Positions 1 to 10,410 of a DNA stretch of 64,000 nt are shown piece by piece. The translations under genes and the position numbers were made by a program. The DNA is from Candidatus Zhuqueibacterota bacterium (lineage in GTDB: Bacteria > Zhuqueibacterota > Zhuqueibacteria > Thermofontimicrobiales > Thermofontimicrobiaceae). How positions within the stretch are numbered: position 1 is the first letter of the stretch; each line of letters starts with the position of its first letter. Under the pieces are notes generated by a model. It searched no databases. It saw only the letters and a program-made list of their open reading frames with translations, and was not told the DNA's origin. The stretch lies in NCBI GenBank assembly GCA_049322915.1, contig JBMOPW010000003.1:100318-164317 (forward strand). Reading direction: 5' to 3'.

Positions 1-552
1 GAGTCATCTGGAACTCAGAACCAGTATGCCCAACGCCTCGATGACATCGAGAGAAAATTCGACAGCATTTCCCAGTTCAGTGACCTGACGCCGGATAAGC
101 TTCGCGAAGAATTGATTGCCGGCATTCGCATGCTGGGCGAGCGCGTTTCAAAAGCCATCTCCGACATCAATGGCCGATTCGAAAATCTCACAGCAAGCAT
201 TGCGACGCAGCCGGCGGCAGAACCGATTCCCCCAAAGGAACCGGTGGAGGCCGCTTTTGCGCCCATCAAAGAGAGCGGCCTGTTAGAAAAAACAGATTTC
301 GAACTGGTCCCCCGCGACGCGGTAAAACGGCTGTCCGAGCTTTTCAGAAAGCAGTCGTCCGCGATTAAATCCTTCATTGACAAACAGGAATCCAAACTGA
401 CTGAGTTTGAATCGCTCCTCCGAACGTACGATAAAGAGAATTCCACGCTGCTTGAACTGTTAGAAAAGAGAGTGAAGCGGAACTTCATCATTTCTATCAT
501 GGCGATTATTGCAGTTTTAATGGGGTCCGTTTTTTTGAACCTGGTCATGTAA
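1..552 (+). CDS. hypothetical coiled-coil protein with C-terminal transmembrane helix (5' partial)
   Basis: Frame +1 is open from base 1 to TAA at 552; hydrophobic C-terminus FIISIMAIIAVLMGSVFLNLVM. Confidence 0.65.
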   Translation, partial: ESSGTQNQYAQRLDDIERKFDSISQFSDLTPDKLREELIAGIRMLGERVSKAISDINGRFENLTASIATQPAAEPIPPKEPVEAAFAPIKESGLLEKTDFELVPRDAVKRLSELFRKQSSAIKSFIDKQESKLTEFESLLRTYDKENSTLLELLEKRVKRNFIISIMAIIAVLMGSVFLNLVM

Positions 553-798
553 TCCCGGTAGCCTTGCCTCGCTCCACCGAAATTCTTCCCTGATACAAGT
601 CCCAAGCTGACGCGGTGGGAATTATTTTAATAGCAGGTCGTTAGCGCATTCCTCGTATTTCAATGCGGCGCCTTCAGCAGGCTACGCTGTGTTTTGGTCC
701 GCCCGAAACAAATGACATCTACGTTGCTCTCATCCGCCATTCGCAGAATCAGCGACGCGGCACAGCAGCGTATTTTTACATTGAATCTTTTCGGCCGG

Positions 799-1308
799 CT
801 ACTGGGCAATTTTCTCGGCTAAATCCGCTAACAATTCCAGCACTTTGAACAATTTAGTTTTCTTGATAATCTTCCCGGATTCCTCATAAATGAGTTTGTC
901 CCCATCGAGGATCATCAGAAATTCTCCCAATTCCATGAGCGTCGCCCGGATGGATGGCGGGAATAGCTTGACCAGGTCATCCACATTGTTGCCTTCGACA
1001 ATATATTTTTTATCGAACGAGCGGTCGTTGAACATGATGTCCCTGGTGCCGAATAACTTGGTCAGTTTTTGAATGATCCCTTCGCGGTAGATTTTCAGTT
1101 TGAACTTGCGTTTATTTTCGATCAAAAGTTCGAAATGGGTCAGGAAGATATGCACCTTTGGCGCAGCCGGAATGAAGATCATTTTCAATACAAACGGCAG
1201 GCCTCTGTAGCTGCCGGTCACCAGCGACATTCCATCCTCGCTGATGCGGTACTTTCCACCCACCTCATTCGCGAAATCCTTCCAGGGATTTTCTGTGTCT
1301 TGCAACAT
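799..1308 (-). CDS. hypothetical protein
   Basis: 169-aa ORF with protein-like composition and AAGG upstream. Confidence 0.6.
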   Translation of the reverse strand: MLQDTENPWKDFANEVGGKYRISEDGMSLVTGSYRGLPFVLKMIFIPAAPKVHIFLTHFELLIENKRKFKLKIYREGIIQKLTKLFGTRDIMFNDRSFDKKYIVEGNNVDDLVKLFPPSIRATLMELGEFLMILDGDKLIYEESGKIIKKTKLFKVLELLADLAEKIAQ

Positions 1309-1532
1309 ATCGATTGTGCCTTTTGGTTAATGTTATTGACGAAACCCGGAATGGGACCGTCGACTCACTACGCTTTTTTCCAGGCACCCTCTCTCCAAAC
1401 CGCGGGCGATGTTTTCACTCAGTCAAAGTCCAAATGTGATTGCTTCCACCTGTGGCTGACAGCCGCAATCAGTACCCGGTCAAAAACGCTGCGATGCAAT
1501 GCGCAGAGCGCGAAGAACAGCCTGTCTGTCAC

Positions 1533-4025
1533 TCACTTCATCAATACTATTTTTCGAGTCAGGACATCACCATTGCTTGCCGCACGGATGAAATAGACTC
1601 CGCTCGTCAGAGATTCCCCCAATGCATCGCTGCCGTCCCAATCGATTTTAAAATTCCCGCTTTCAACGCGTTCATTCATTAACGTCCGGATCAACTGACC
1701 GCGAGCATTGAAAATCGTAATCCGCATGACGCCCGGTTGCTGAACGGAGAAGGACACGGTGGTGCTGTTGTTGAATGGGTTGGGTACGTTCTGCGACAAT
1801 GAAAAGCCAGCGCCCTGATTGTCGATGGCCTCCCGGCTGACGCCAGACTCAATTTTAATATATTTGATGGCGACGTCATCCAGATACCAGCCGGCCAGGG
1901 GCGCTGCATTGTCTCCGTCGCTCCCGAAACGAAACCGCAGATGGAGCCGGGTCGCTGCGCACGACGCCAGGTCGAAAACCTCCGACTGCCAGGGATGGCT
2001 GCCGGAAAAAATCCCAGTGCCCGGGGCAAAGGGTCCGGATTCAATCCCATCGGGAATGGCAAATGGGTAACCATCCACAGGGGAAAGCTGCATCCACGCC
2101 GAGGTGGTATCCGGCCGCCACTCGACAATTCCCCCGTCGTACGCAAAGGAAGGATCGTCGGCATCGGTTTCGGCCTCCATCCAGGAATAAAAAGTCAGTT
2201 CAATCCGCTTCGCTGGCGGCACATCGAAGGCAGGCGCATAAAGCGAGCCATCCGCTGAATCAGGATAGGTCCGGCTCAGGCATGTCGCCCACACGTTCCC
2301 GCCCGAGTTAGCCTGGGCTGGCCCGACGCCCGGCTTTCCCCATTGCCACAACATATCGCCCGCTGTGAAATTGCCGTTACCGGTTTCAAAGTCCGCCCTG
2401 AAAAGAAATTCGGCCGGCGACATGTTGTAATGAAGCGACCGATTCTCAAAAACAGCGATGGAATCGGTTTCGCTCATGAATTCATTGCTGGTAATTTTCA
2501 CGGCATAGTGACCGGCCGGGACCAGGAGTTGAAAGGAGCCATCCATTTGCGTCGCCGCAGAAAAACGGCCAGGCCCGGTGAATTGAAGATTCGCTGCCAC
2601 CGGCGCTCCGCTGATGCTGTGCGCCACTGTGCCGGTAATATTGTAGCTATCGGTTGGCGCCAATCGAACATCCAGCCGGGTTGTCTTCCCGGCTGAAACG
2701 ATGACGGAATCGACCTGCCGCGCATGATACCCGTCCGCCAGGAAACGCAGCGAATACACGCCGGGGAGCAGCATGCGGTAATAGTCGCCCATATCAGGAT
2801 CGCTGTACACAGCGTGTTCGTTGCCGACAACTTCAATCGTGGCAGCAATCGGCAGTCCGGTGAGCGAATCCGAAATGACGCCCCGCACGCCCCAGTGAAC
2901 CGCTTCGAGGTAGGCGAGCATGGATTCCCGGTTGTCCTCCCAGAACGTCGGCAGCAGCGACGCCGCCGGCCAGGAAACATCGCTGAGTTCAATCGTCACC
3001 TCGTTGGCGCCGCAATAGATATAGTTCCAATCCTGCATGCCGCCGTAAATGACATACCAGTCCGCGCCATTGGTGATGCCGTATTGAAAATCCAGGCTGC
3101 TCCACATGGGCGCATTGTGAATCGAGTAAGCCTTCGCCAATGTCACGAACAATTCATCGTCCGGGCATACGGTGTAAACCGGCAGACCGGTCGAGTTGGA
3201 ATCGTACGGATAATTCACCACCACCACACCTGTGTGAAAATTGGCCGAGAGCACGAACGAATGGTTGAATCCGAAATTCATCACCGCCTGGGTCTCCAAT
3301 TGGCGGCCGACAATGGAGTTGTTCGGGTCGTCGATACGGTCCGGGAAATTCCGGTTCAAGTCAATGCCATTTTGATTCCAGCGCCGGCGCGCGATGTAGC
3401 CATCCGGGTTCATAAGCGGCATGATCCAGATTTCCGTCTCATCCACCAAAAAGGTGATTCGGGAATCCTGGCCATAATTCTCTAACAGGTGTCGCATGAA
3501 GTACAGGCACAATTCCATGCCCACCGGTTCATCGCCGTGCATGGAAGAAATATATTTGAATTCCGGCTCAACTTCTTCAGCGGCGACATGATCGCTTATT
3601 TTCACAAACCAGAGATCGCGGCCAAGCACCGATTTCCCAATGCTCTGAAGCTGACACAGATTCGGGTACTGCTGCGCCAGCAGTTGCAGCTCCGCTGTCA
3701 ATTCATCAAACGTGTGATAGGCATCCATGGGATTCGCGCTGTTCTTCGTGGCCAACCAGAGGCTGTCCGCGTATTGCCGTGAAACGTCCGGCTCAATGGC
3801 GATTTCGAAACCGGCGGCAATCAGCCGATGCTGTTCGGCTGAAGTCACATAGGCGTACACATTCCGGCGCACATCGACTTTCACAATATCAAATTTCTGC
3901 TGAGCCAGCCAGGAGATGTCCTGAGATGACACGTTCGCTATTTTCATCAGAACGGCGTCCGATTGGGCGAACATCGGAACTGCGAGAGCAAGAATGATTG
4001 CAACGATGGAAATGAAAGATTTCAT
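1533..4025 (-). CDS. secreted M14 zinc carboxypeptidase with carboxypeptidase regulatory-like domains and C-terminal FlgD-Ig/T9SS-like sorting domain
   Basis: Signal peptide; HGDE zinc motif, NPDG, DLNRNFP, SANFH, GGMQDWNY, EVTIELS; C-terminal QNVPNPFN...WDG...SGVYF. Confidence 0.92.
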   Translation of the reverse strand: MKSFISIVAIILALAVPMFAQSDAVLMKIANVSSQDISWLAQQKFDIVKVDVRRNVYAYVTSAEQHRLIAAGFEIAIEPDVSRQYADSLWLATKNSANPMDAYHTFDELTAELQLLAQQYPNLCQLQSIGKSVLGRDLWFVKISDHVAAEEVEPEFKYISSMHGDEPVGMELCLYFMRHLLENYGQDSRITFLVDETEIWIMPLMNPDGYIARRRWNQNGIDLNRNFPDRIDDPNNSIVGRQLETQAVMNFGFNHSFVLSANFHTGVVVVNYPYDSNSTGLPVYTVCPDDELFVTLAKAYSIHNAPMWSSLDFQYGITNGADWYVIYGGMQDWNYIYCGANEVTIELSDVSWPAASLLPTFWEDNRESMLAYLEAVHWGVRGVISDSLTGLPIAATIEVVGNEHAVYSDPDMGDYYRMLLPGVYSLRFLADGYHARQVDSVIVSAGKTTRLDVRLAPTDSYNITGTVAHSISGAPVAANLQFTGPGRFSAATQMDGSFQLLVPAGHYAVKITSNEFMSETDSIAVFENRSLHYNMSPAEFLFRADFETGNGNFTAGDMLWQWGKPGVGPAQANSGGNVWATCLSRTYPDSADGSLYAPAFDVPPAKRIELTFYSWMEAETDADDPSFAYDGGIVEWRPDTTSAWMQLSPVDGYPFAIPDGIESGPFAPGTGIFSGSHPWQSEVFDLASCAATRLHLRFRFGSDGDNAAPLAGWYLDDVAIKYIKIESGVSREAIDNQGAGFSLSQNVPNPFNNSTTVSFSVQQPGVMRITIFNARGQLIRTLMNERVESGNFKIDWDGSDALGESLTSGVYFIRAASNGDVLTRKIVLMK

Positions 4026-4130
4026 AGGCGAATAGAATTTGTATTATTTTTTCTGATCGCCCGGGATATTTATCCCGGGCATCCGGATCAGGAGTTTACC
4101 AGTTCACGTCCGGCGCGTTTATCCTTTGTG

Positions 4131-5372
4131 TCAACGCGCCAGTTCAGTTTTCAGCATCAGGCCGAATCGTCGCATCCCTTCATCGATTTCCTCCGCCGAA
4201 ACCATGCTGAAGCTGGCGCGCACGTTGTTCGTGCAACCGTTTTGCGATGAAAATGCGTCACCGGGCACCAGCAGCACCTTGACCTGACTGGATTGCTCGT
4301 CGATCATCCGGCGGGCGTTGCACGATTCCGGCAATTCGAACCAGATGAACATGCCCTCTCCCGGGATATTGAACCTGACCGATGACGGCAGATATTTCTT
4401 CGCCGCTGCCACCATCGCGTCCCGATTCACGCGGTACGATTCGCAATTCTTCCGAATGAGTTCCCTGAAATTTTTATACCCGGCTGCCTGCAGATAGCGC
4501 AACAGGATGACCTGAATGAACGTGCTCGTGTGCAAATTGGCGGACTGCTTGAACAGGACGAACTGCCGCATGATTTCCGCCGGCCCGGAGACATATCCGA
4601 TGCGCAGGCCCGGCGCGAAAATCTTTGAAAAGCTGTCCAGCCGAATCACCCGGCCGTGGGTGTCGAGAGACTGCAAGGTTGGAAGCTGGGGACTGTTGTC
4701 GAGTTTGACCAACTGATAGGGATCATCCTCCAAAATGAGCAGATCATAGGCATTGGCCAGTTCCAGCATGTGCTTGCGCCGATCCAGCGCCAGGGCCACT
4801 CCGCCCGGGTTGTGGCCGTTGGGAATTTCGTAAATGAATTTGGGCAGTGGTTCGCCCGTCTTTTCGATCATTCGGAGCCTTTGCTCCAGAATGTCCGTCT
4901 GCATCCCGTGAGCGTCCAGCGGGATGGCAATGAAATTGTTGGTGAACGACCGGAACGCGGATAGCGTCCCCGGGTAAATTGGTTCGGATAGCACAATGCG
5001 GTCATCGTGGTTGGCGAACAGATACGGCATGATGAACAGACCTTCCTGGCAGCCATTGAGCACGACGATTTGATCGTCGTTCAGGTCCACGCCGTCCTTG
5101 AATTTCTGCCAGCCCTGAAGTTCTTTTTTCAGATTGGCGTTCGCATCCGACGGGCCATATTGGGAGGCTGTGGTCAATTCTTCGCCATTGATCGAGATTT
5201 CCCGTCCGTCCTTAAATTGAATTTTAACGCTATCAAATACAAACGTGTCCGGGTTGGGATAGCCCCCGCCCAATGAAATCATGCCTTCAATGTTCATAAA
5301 TTTTTGCAGTTCCCGGATTGCCGAAGGCGCTTTGCCCCGGGCTCGCTCCGCTAATCGTTCCTGAATATCCAT
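4131..5372 (-). CDS. PLP-dependent aminotransferase class I/II (2-aminoadipate transaminase/MocR-like)
   Basis: ISLGGGYP, HNPGG, EDDPY, SFSKIFAPGLRIG motifs. Confidence 0.92.
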   Translation of the reverse strand: MDIQERLAERARGKAPSAIRELQKFMNIEGMISLGGGYPNPDTFVFDSVKIQFKDGREISINGEELTTASQYGPSDANANLKKELQGWQKFKDGVDLNDDQIVVLNGCQEGLFIMPYLFANHDDRIVLSEPIYPGTLSAFRSFTNNFIAIPLDAHGMQTDILEQRLRMIEKTGEPLPKFIYEIPNGHNPGGVALALDRRKHMLELANAYDLLILEDDPYQLVKLDNSPQLPTLQSLDTHGRVIRLDSFSKIFAPGLRIGYVSGPAEIMRQFVLFKQSANLHTSTFIQVILLRYLQAAGYKNFRELIRKNCESYRVNRDAMVAAAKKYLPSSVRFNIPGEGMFIWFELPESCNARRMIDEQSSQVKVLLVPGDAFSSQNGCTNNVRASFSMVSAEEIDEGMRRFGLMLKTELAR

Positions 5373-5723
5373 GCAATACCTCGGCGTGTGTTTGAATATA
5401 ACATCGGGGTGATTAAAATTATCGGCTCCATGACATTCAGCCAGTCAACCTGTAACCTTCAGAGTAACTGCTATTTCCTTGTTTTTCTCACAGCAGTCAA
5501 TCCCCTGACCGCAACCGCCGGGACCAGCTCTTTTTCTCCATCGGAAAATTGGAGCGCAATATGTCCGGCAGCGGATTTGAACGGCCGGGAATTGAACGAA
5601 TGTCAGGCGAATATAAGAAAAATAATTTACAGAAGCAATATCAAATCAACGAAGGATTGCTGAGAAATGAGGGATCGCCGGGCAATGACCGGCCAGCGCC
5701 CGGCTGAACGCCAATGGGACGGT

Positions 5724-6527
5724 CTATTCAGGATTTTTGAACAGCGCCCTCAGATTGACGGGCTCGGTATTGCTGCGCTCAATCAGCGCCACTGCGGTGT
5801 TTTGCATGATCTGGAATTTATGACATTCCAGTTTTTCCCGCGCCGATTGCAGGTCATAATCGGATTTTCGGTTGCTCCACGCTTCAGGGAGACCCGGGGT
5901 CACTTTCACGTCATCCTCCATGAACAGGATGCGATTGATCCATTCTCCCACCTGATGCTGCAATTGCGATATTTGCTGGATGGCCTGTTCGATGACGCCG
6001 AGACTCTCATGCGAGAAATTCTCAGTGAGGGAGCGCGTTCCCAGCGATGCGCTGGAACAATCATCTTTGAGAGAAATCACCAACGCCTCCGGAATGGCGC
6101 CAGCAAGAACGAATTCCCGCCGGCCAAAACTGCCATTTAGCAGGGTGTCATTCCCGTAGCGGGTTTGCAGCACAATGCGGTCGATCTCATCGTTCAGACT
6201 CTCCAGCTTCATGGAGAAAAGAAATCGCTCGGCCAGAATCGATCGTTCGTTCACTGCCTGAAACATCTTTTTCTGCATGGCCAGCACATTGTCATTGATC
6301 CTCATGAGACTGCCCTCGGCCAGGGCGAGCAGTTTTTTCAAATCCGCCACGGAGTGAATCGCACCCCCGGGATCGACGTTCTGGTATTTAACCGACTGAT
6401 AATTTTCCCGTCGGTCGGCCAGCGCCTCATTGAATTTTACACTCATCGAAAGGCGATAGTGTGGCTCTGTTTCAGCGCCATTTATTAGACCCTTGTCTGC
6501 GGTTTTGTCCTGCAAAGATTCTCTCAT
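5724..6527 (-). CDS. highly divergent flagellin-like protein
   Basis: AEGSL...EIDRIVLQTRYGNDTLLNGSF resembles the flagellin N-domain (AEGAL...EIDRIA..T.FNG..LLNGS); C-terminal IEQAIQQISQLQHQVGEWINRI...QIMQNTAVALIERSN resembles the flagellin C-domain. Confidence 0.75.
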   Translation of the reverse strand: MRESLQDKTADKGLINGAETEPHYRLSMSVKFNEALADRRENYQSVKYQNVDPGGAIHSVADLKKLLALAEGSLMRINDNVLAMQKKMFQAVNERSILAERFLFSMKLESLNDEIDRIVLQTRYGNDTLLNGSFGRREFVLAGAIPEALVISLKDDCSSASLGTRSLTENFSHESLGVIEQAIQQISQLQHQVGEWINRILFMEDDVKVTPGLPEAWSNRKSDYDLQSAREKLECHKFQIMQNTAVALIERSNTEPVNLRALFKNPE

Positions 6528-6533
6528 GTTGCG

Positions 6534-8765
6534 CTACTCTCTCAATTCGCTCTCAGTTAAATTCAGTCCTGATTTCATTGCCGTCAGTTTCAAATTTTCC
6601 AGCGTGGTCTCGCACGATTTATCCAGCGAATAGGCTATTTTAAATTGCTTCAATGCCTCTTCATAATCTTCTTCCAGGAAATAGATTCTGCCCAGGTAAT
6701 TGAACGCTTCCACCATGTCCGGGAAAAATTCCCCGACTTTGCTCAGCAGCACGATCGCTGAATCCTTTTCGCCCATGAAATCGCTGATAACGCCGGCATT
6801 GTAAAGCGCTCGTCCCTGTTCCGGGAAAAAGTCGGCGATGTTCATAAATTCCTGGAAAGCCTTCTCGAACAAACCCTGGGCTGCGTACTCGTACCCGGTC
6901 TGAAACATGGTCTCCAGTCGTGATTTTGAATGCAATGGCTCCATCTCTTTTTGCTCTCTCACACAGCCCGCCGGCATCGACAATTGAAACGAAACGCCGT
7001 ACCATAGTTTCTCGCCATCGCGGATTTCATCTATAGTGACATTGTGCTGGTCGTGGAAAAATGAACGAAGCGAGTCCCGCTGAAAGCTTCGCAGAAATAC
7101 CCCGGCGCGCGGCTCCGCAGACAGGAGCTCACTGCGAAGATTTTCGAATGGCCGGGCCAGTACCGCAATAAAGACATGCCCATTCGGTTTCATCACCTGT
7201 TTAAGTTCATTCATCACCCGGGACATATCCAGCGCATGTTCCAGAATCTGGAATAGCAGCGCCGCATCGAATTGCTCCCCGTAAAAATAGCGAGTCAACT
7301 TGTGCGCCTTGCCTCTGACCCATTCCACCTGGCTCACATCGGTATAGACCGGCGGCGTCATTGTCTGTGCGAAGTGAATATTGTGTTCCGAAATATCCAG
7401 GCCGGTCACGTGATAGCCCAGATTGGCCAGGCTGAGGGCGTATTCGCCTTTGTGACATCCCACATCCAGGATGTTCAGAATATCCCGTTTCTGCTGTAAC
7501 TGATCCATCAGCCAGGCATAGCAGGGGTGATTGAAAATTTCTTCATCGAACGGAGTGGCCTTGCTTTGCTCTTCGTACAAATTCACATAGGCCATTTCAT
7601 CCGTAAGATGCGGGTATTGCTGCTCCATGAAATTTCGCTTGCGCTGCAACAATTCGCTATCGCTGAATTTCGTCAGCGCCTTATCGAGCAGCTTTTTCGC
7701 GCGGATCGGATTATCGGATAGCAAAAGCGTTTCGATATGGGCCAGCGTTTGCTGAAGATACAGCTCCTCAATATATCCCTTCAGCGATGCGTCAAAGTCG
7801 ACAAAGGCGATTGACCCGCTTTCGAATTGCTGCCAGGCGCGCCGGGAAAATTTTTCCAGCAGGCTCGGTTCAAAGACAGCCCGGTCAATTTTCCTCTGGG
7901 TGCACAGACTGGCGATTTGATTCAATTCGGATTCCTGTTGCAGATAGTCGACGTACAGCATCCGGGTCACCGCGGCAATCGTCCGGTCGAACACGCGAAA
8001 ATCATTAATCGATAAAAAAATATCAAACAGGTATTTCTGCACAGCGCCGGTCACTTCGTCCCGGTTCATCCTGTGAAAGGCCGCATTCTTCGGCGCCGTT
8101 GCATCATCGTGAAAGAAGGCCAGTTCTATCCGATCATTGTGCAGTTTCTCCAGCGCGCGGAACAGGCCATTGCTCTGAAAGTGGAGACTGTGCGCCTGAT
8201 TTTCTGTCGGGAAATAACAGGTCAGGCAAATGTCGTGCTTCATGTAATAAGGCGCATCAACGTTGAGAGACTCACCCATTTGAGCCGCGCCAATTAAGCG
8301 AAGTTTGTATTCCACGGCCTCATGGTGCGCGCCGCTGCCGGCCGATGTTTTATATGCCGCTGTTGCAGCCGGGATATTGTTCATCGCTGCGAGGCAATCG
8401 CCCATTCGCTCGTGAAGCCCGTCGTCGCTGCGCATCGTCGCCGCGCGCTGATAAAATTCAAGGGCGGTTTTATAATTTTTCTGATGAAAGTGAAAATCGC
8501 CCGAATTGCGCACTGCAACCTCATCGAACGCATCCAATTCCACAGCCCCCTGGAAGCATTGCCCGGACTCAGCGAACTCGCCGATCTCAAAATAGAGGCA
8601 GCCCAGATTGCTCCAGTGAACCGATTGCGCCGCGCCGGAATTCACAACAGAAGTCAAGCGCTCAATTTCGGCCTGAATGGCAGACGCGGTCTCCGGCAGG
8701 GAGGCCTGGTCCAGCCGCTCCGCAACGGCAATGTCTAAATGTTTGGGATCAAACTCAATTTTCAT
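6534..8765 (-). CDS. TPR-repeat protein with central class I SAM-dependent methyltransferase domain
   Basis: N- and C-terminal TPR helices (WSNLGCLYFEIGEF, AFNYLGRIYF); ILDVGCHKG...VTGLDIS...FQILEH methyltransferase motifs. Confidence 0.85.
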   Translation of the reverse strand: MKIEFDPKHLDIAVAERLDQASLPETASAIQAEIERLTSVVNSGAAQSVHWSNLGCLYFEIGEFAESGQCFQGAVELDAFDEVAVRNSGDFHFHQKNYKTALEFYQRAATMRSDDGLHERMGDCLAAMNNIPAATAAYKTSAGSGAHHEAVEYKLRLIGAAQMGESLNVDAPYYMKHDICLTCYFPTENQAHSLHFQSNGLFRALEKLHNDRIELAFFHDDATAPKNAAFHRMNRDEVTGAVQKYLFDIFLSINDFRVFDRTIAAVTRMLYVDYLQQESELNQIASLCTQRKIDRAVFEPSLLEKFSRRAWQQFESGSIAFVDFDASLKGYIEELYLQQTLAHIETLLLSDNPIRAKKLLDKALTKFSDSELLQRKRNFMEQQYPHLTDEMAYVNLYEEQSKATPFDEEIFNHPCYAWLMDQLQQKRDILNILDVGCHKGEYALSLANLGYHVTGLDISEHNIHFAQTMTPPVYTDVSQVEWVRGKAHKLTRYFYGEQFDAALLFQILEHALDMSRVMNELKQVMKPNGHVFIAVLARPFENLRSELLSAEPRAGVFLRSFQRDSLRSFFHDQHNVTIDEIRDGEKLWYGVSFQLSMPAGCVREQKEMEPLHSKSRLETMFQTGYEYAAQGLFEKAFQEFMNIADFFPEQGRALYNAGVISDFMGEKDSAIVLLSKVGEFFPDMVEAFNYLGRIYFLEEDYEEALKQFKIAYSLDKSCETTLENLKLTAMKSGLNLTESELRE

Positions 8766-8946
8766 AGCACCTGTAATTCTTTTGTAAAATTATCATTTGT
8801 AGTACATCCCGAACGGGGCGCCTATTCCGGGACATACGTCCTGGCCATCGTCCGCATCGGTTGGATGTCCTGTGCCATCATTTTTTAGGAATCGGGCAAC
8901 TCCGGTGAAATCATCGCTGTATCTGCCGGGCTGGAATCGCCGTCAA

Positions 8947-10380
8947 TCAATTGGAATGAATATTAGAAATGGAAAGCAGATCCACCAGGCTATAATCATA
9001 GTCAGTCCGCGATCGTTTGGGTTTGAGCAGCAAATCTCCGACACCCTGAGTCAGCACATCTGCCAGTTGGCGATATTCTGACTGGTCCAGAATATGGCAA
9101 CAGTCCAGGATGATCGGCCGATTGAGTTTCTGTTTCAGCACATTCACTGGCAGTGCTGCGAATTCCGGCCAGGCCGTTGCCAGGACAAACATATCGCAGG
9201 CGGCAAAAATTTCCTCGATTGAGCCGGCATAGCTCACATTGTCCATCATCGCCTCGCGCGCGACTGCCATGGCCAGAGGGTCGTACACCGTCACAGGAAT
9301 GTCCTGCTTGTACAACCAGGTCGCCAATTTTATGCCTGGCGAATTTTTGACAATGTCGGTCTGGGGCAGAGAAGCCAGCCCTAAAATGCCGACCCGGCCG
9401 CCTTCCGGCAGGTATTTGAAAATGATGTCCATCATCCGATGAACCTGGCGGCTCAGCAGCGATTCCACCGTTTCCACCAATGGCGTGGCTTTCGTGTGCT
9501 GGCTGTACAGGTAGCGGAGCGCCCGATTTTCGTGACTCAGCCGGATATTGAACGGATTGGCCAGCCAGGTATCAATTTTCAATTTTTCCTGACCATCAAG
9601 ATTCAATGATTTCAAAAGAGCGCTCCAGTCCGCGCCGGGCAGGCTTTCGCACATCTCAGCAAACACATGGGAGAACGATAGTTTTGTGGCCAGATAGGTG
9701 AACGCGGCAATTCGCGCCACTTCCGCATTGATGAAATTCATCCTCTGAATTGGGGCCCGATCCTCAATAATTTTATGCAGCAAATCGACTATGGCATCGC
9801 CGGAATTGACATCGGATTGCCCCAGAATAGCAATCTCCGGCTGGCGCACATCATGAATTGTCCTGCCGGGAGTTGTGAAATCCGGCCAGTAGCAGAGTCC
9901 GAAACCGGCGCCGCATTCTTTCCCGGTCTGTTTTTCCAGCATCGGCAGCAGCACCTGATCGATTGTGCCGGGCATGGTTGCGCTGACTATCACAATGAGA
10001 TGAAAATTGTCCTTCAATTTTATTTCTGCGGCCAGATGGGTGAGAATCGTTTCCAGCGGCTTTGATGAAAATGCGCCGGACAATTCCTGAAAATTTGCCA
10101 CAGTCACAAATGTCACACGGGAGTGATTGACAATATCGAAATAGTTCGGCGCGGACTTCAAGCGGGGTCGGTTTTCTTTCAGCAGGTCGTCCAGTCCCGT
10201 CTCCAGAACCGGCGCCAACCCTTTCTGAAACATCTTTCGTTTATAGTTATCCTCATCGAATCCCAGAATCGAATATCCTTTTTCAGCAAAGCAGGCGGCC
10301 AGGGATACCCCCAATCGTCCCAATCCCACGATTGAAATATTATTGAAATCATTCTTTTGATCCAGCATTGCGTCCTCCAA
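8947..10380 (-). CDS. UDP-glucose/GDP-mannose dehydrogenase family homologue, catalytic residues apparently lost
   Basis: GLGRLG Rossmann motif and overall UGDH domain order; no GGxC catalytic motif (see findings). Confidence 0.85.
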   Translation of the reverse strand: MEDAMLDQKNDFNNISIVGLGRLGVSLAACFAEKGYSILGFDEDNYKRKMFQKGLAPVLETGLDDLLKENRPRLKSAPNYFDIVNHSRVTFVTVANFQELSGAFSSKPLETILTHLAAEIKLKDNFHLIVIVSATMPGTIDQVLLPMLEKQTGKECGAGFGLCYWPDFTTPGRTIHDVRQPEIAILGQSDVNSGDAIVDLLHKIIEDRAPIQRMNFINAEVARIAAFTYLATKLSFSHVFAEMCESLPGADWSALLKSLNLDGQEKLKIDTWLANPFNIRLSHENRALRYLYSQHTKATPLVETVESLLSRQVHRMMDIIFKYLPEGGRVGILGLASLPQTDIVKNSPGIKLATWLYKQDIPVTVYDPLAMAVAREAMMDNVSYAGSIEEIFAACDMFVLATAWPEFAALPVNVLKQKLNRPIILDCCHILDQSEYRQLADVLTQGVGDLLLKPKRSRTDYDYSLVDLLSISNIHSN

Positions 10381-10410
10381 TTCGGCAGTTATGACATTTG
10401 GTTCGATTTT

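Noticed and set aside
5380..5720. Riboswitch in the aminotransferase leader
   Set aside because: No recognisable lysine, glycine or SAM aptamer consensus found by eye
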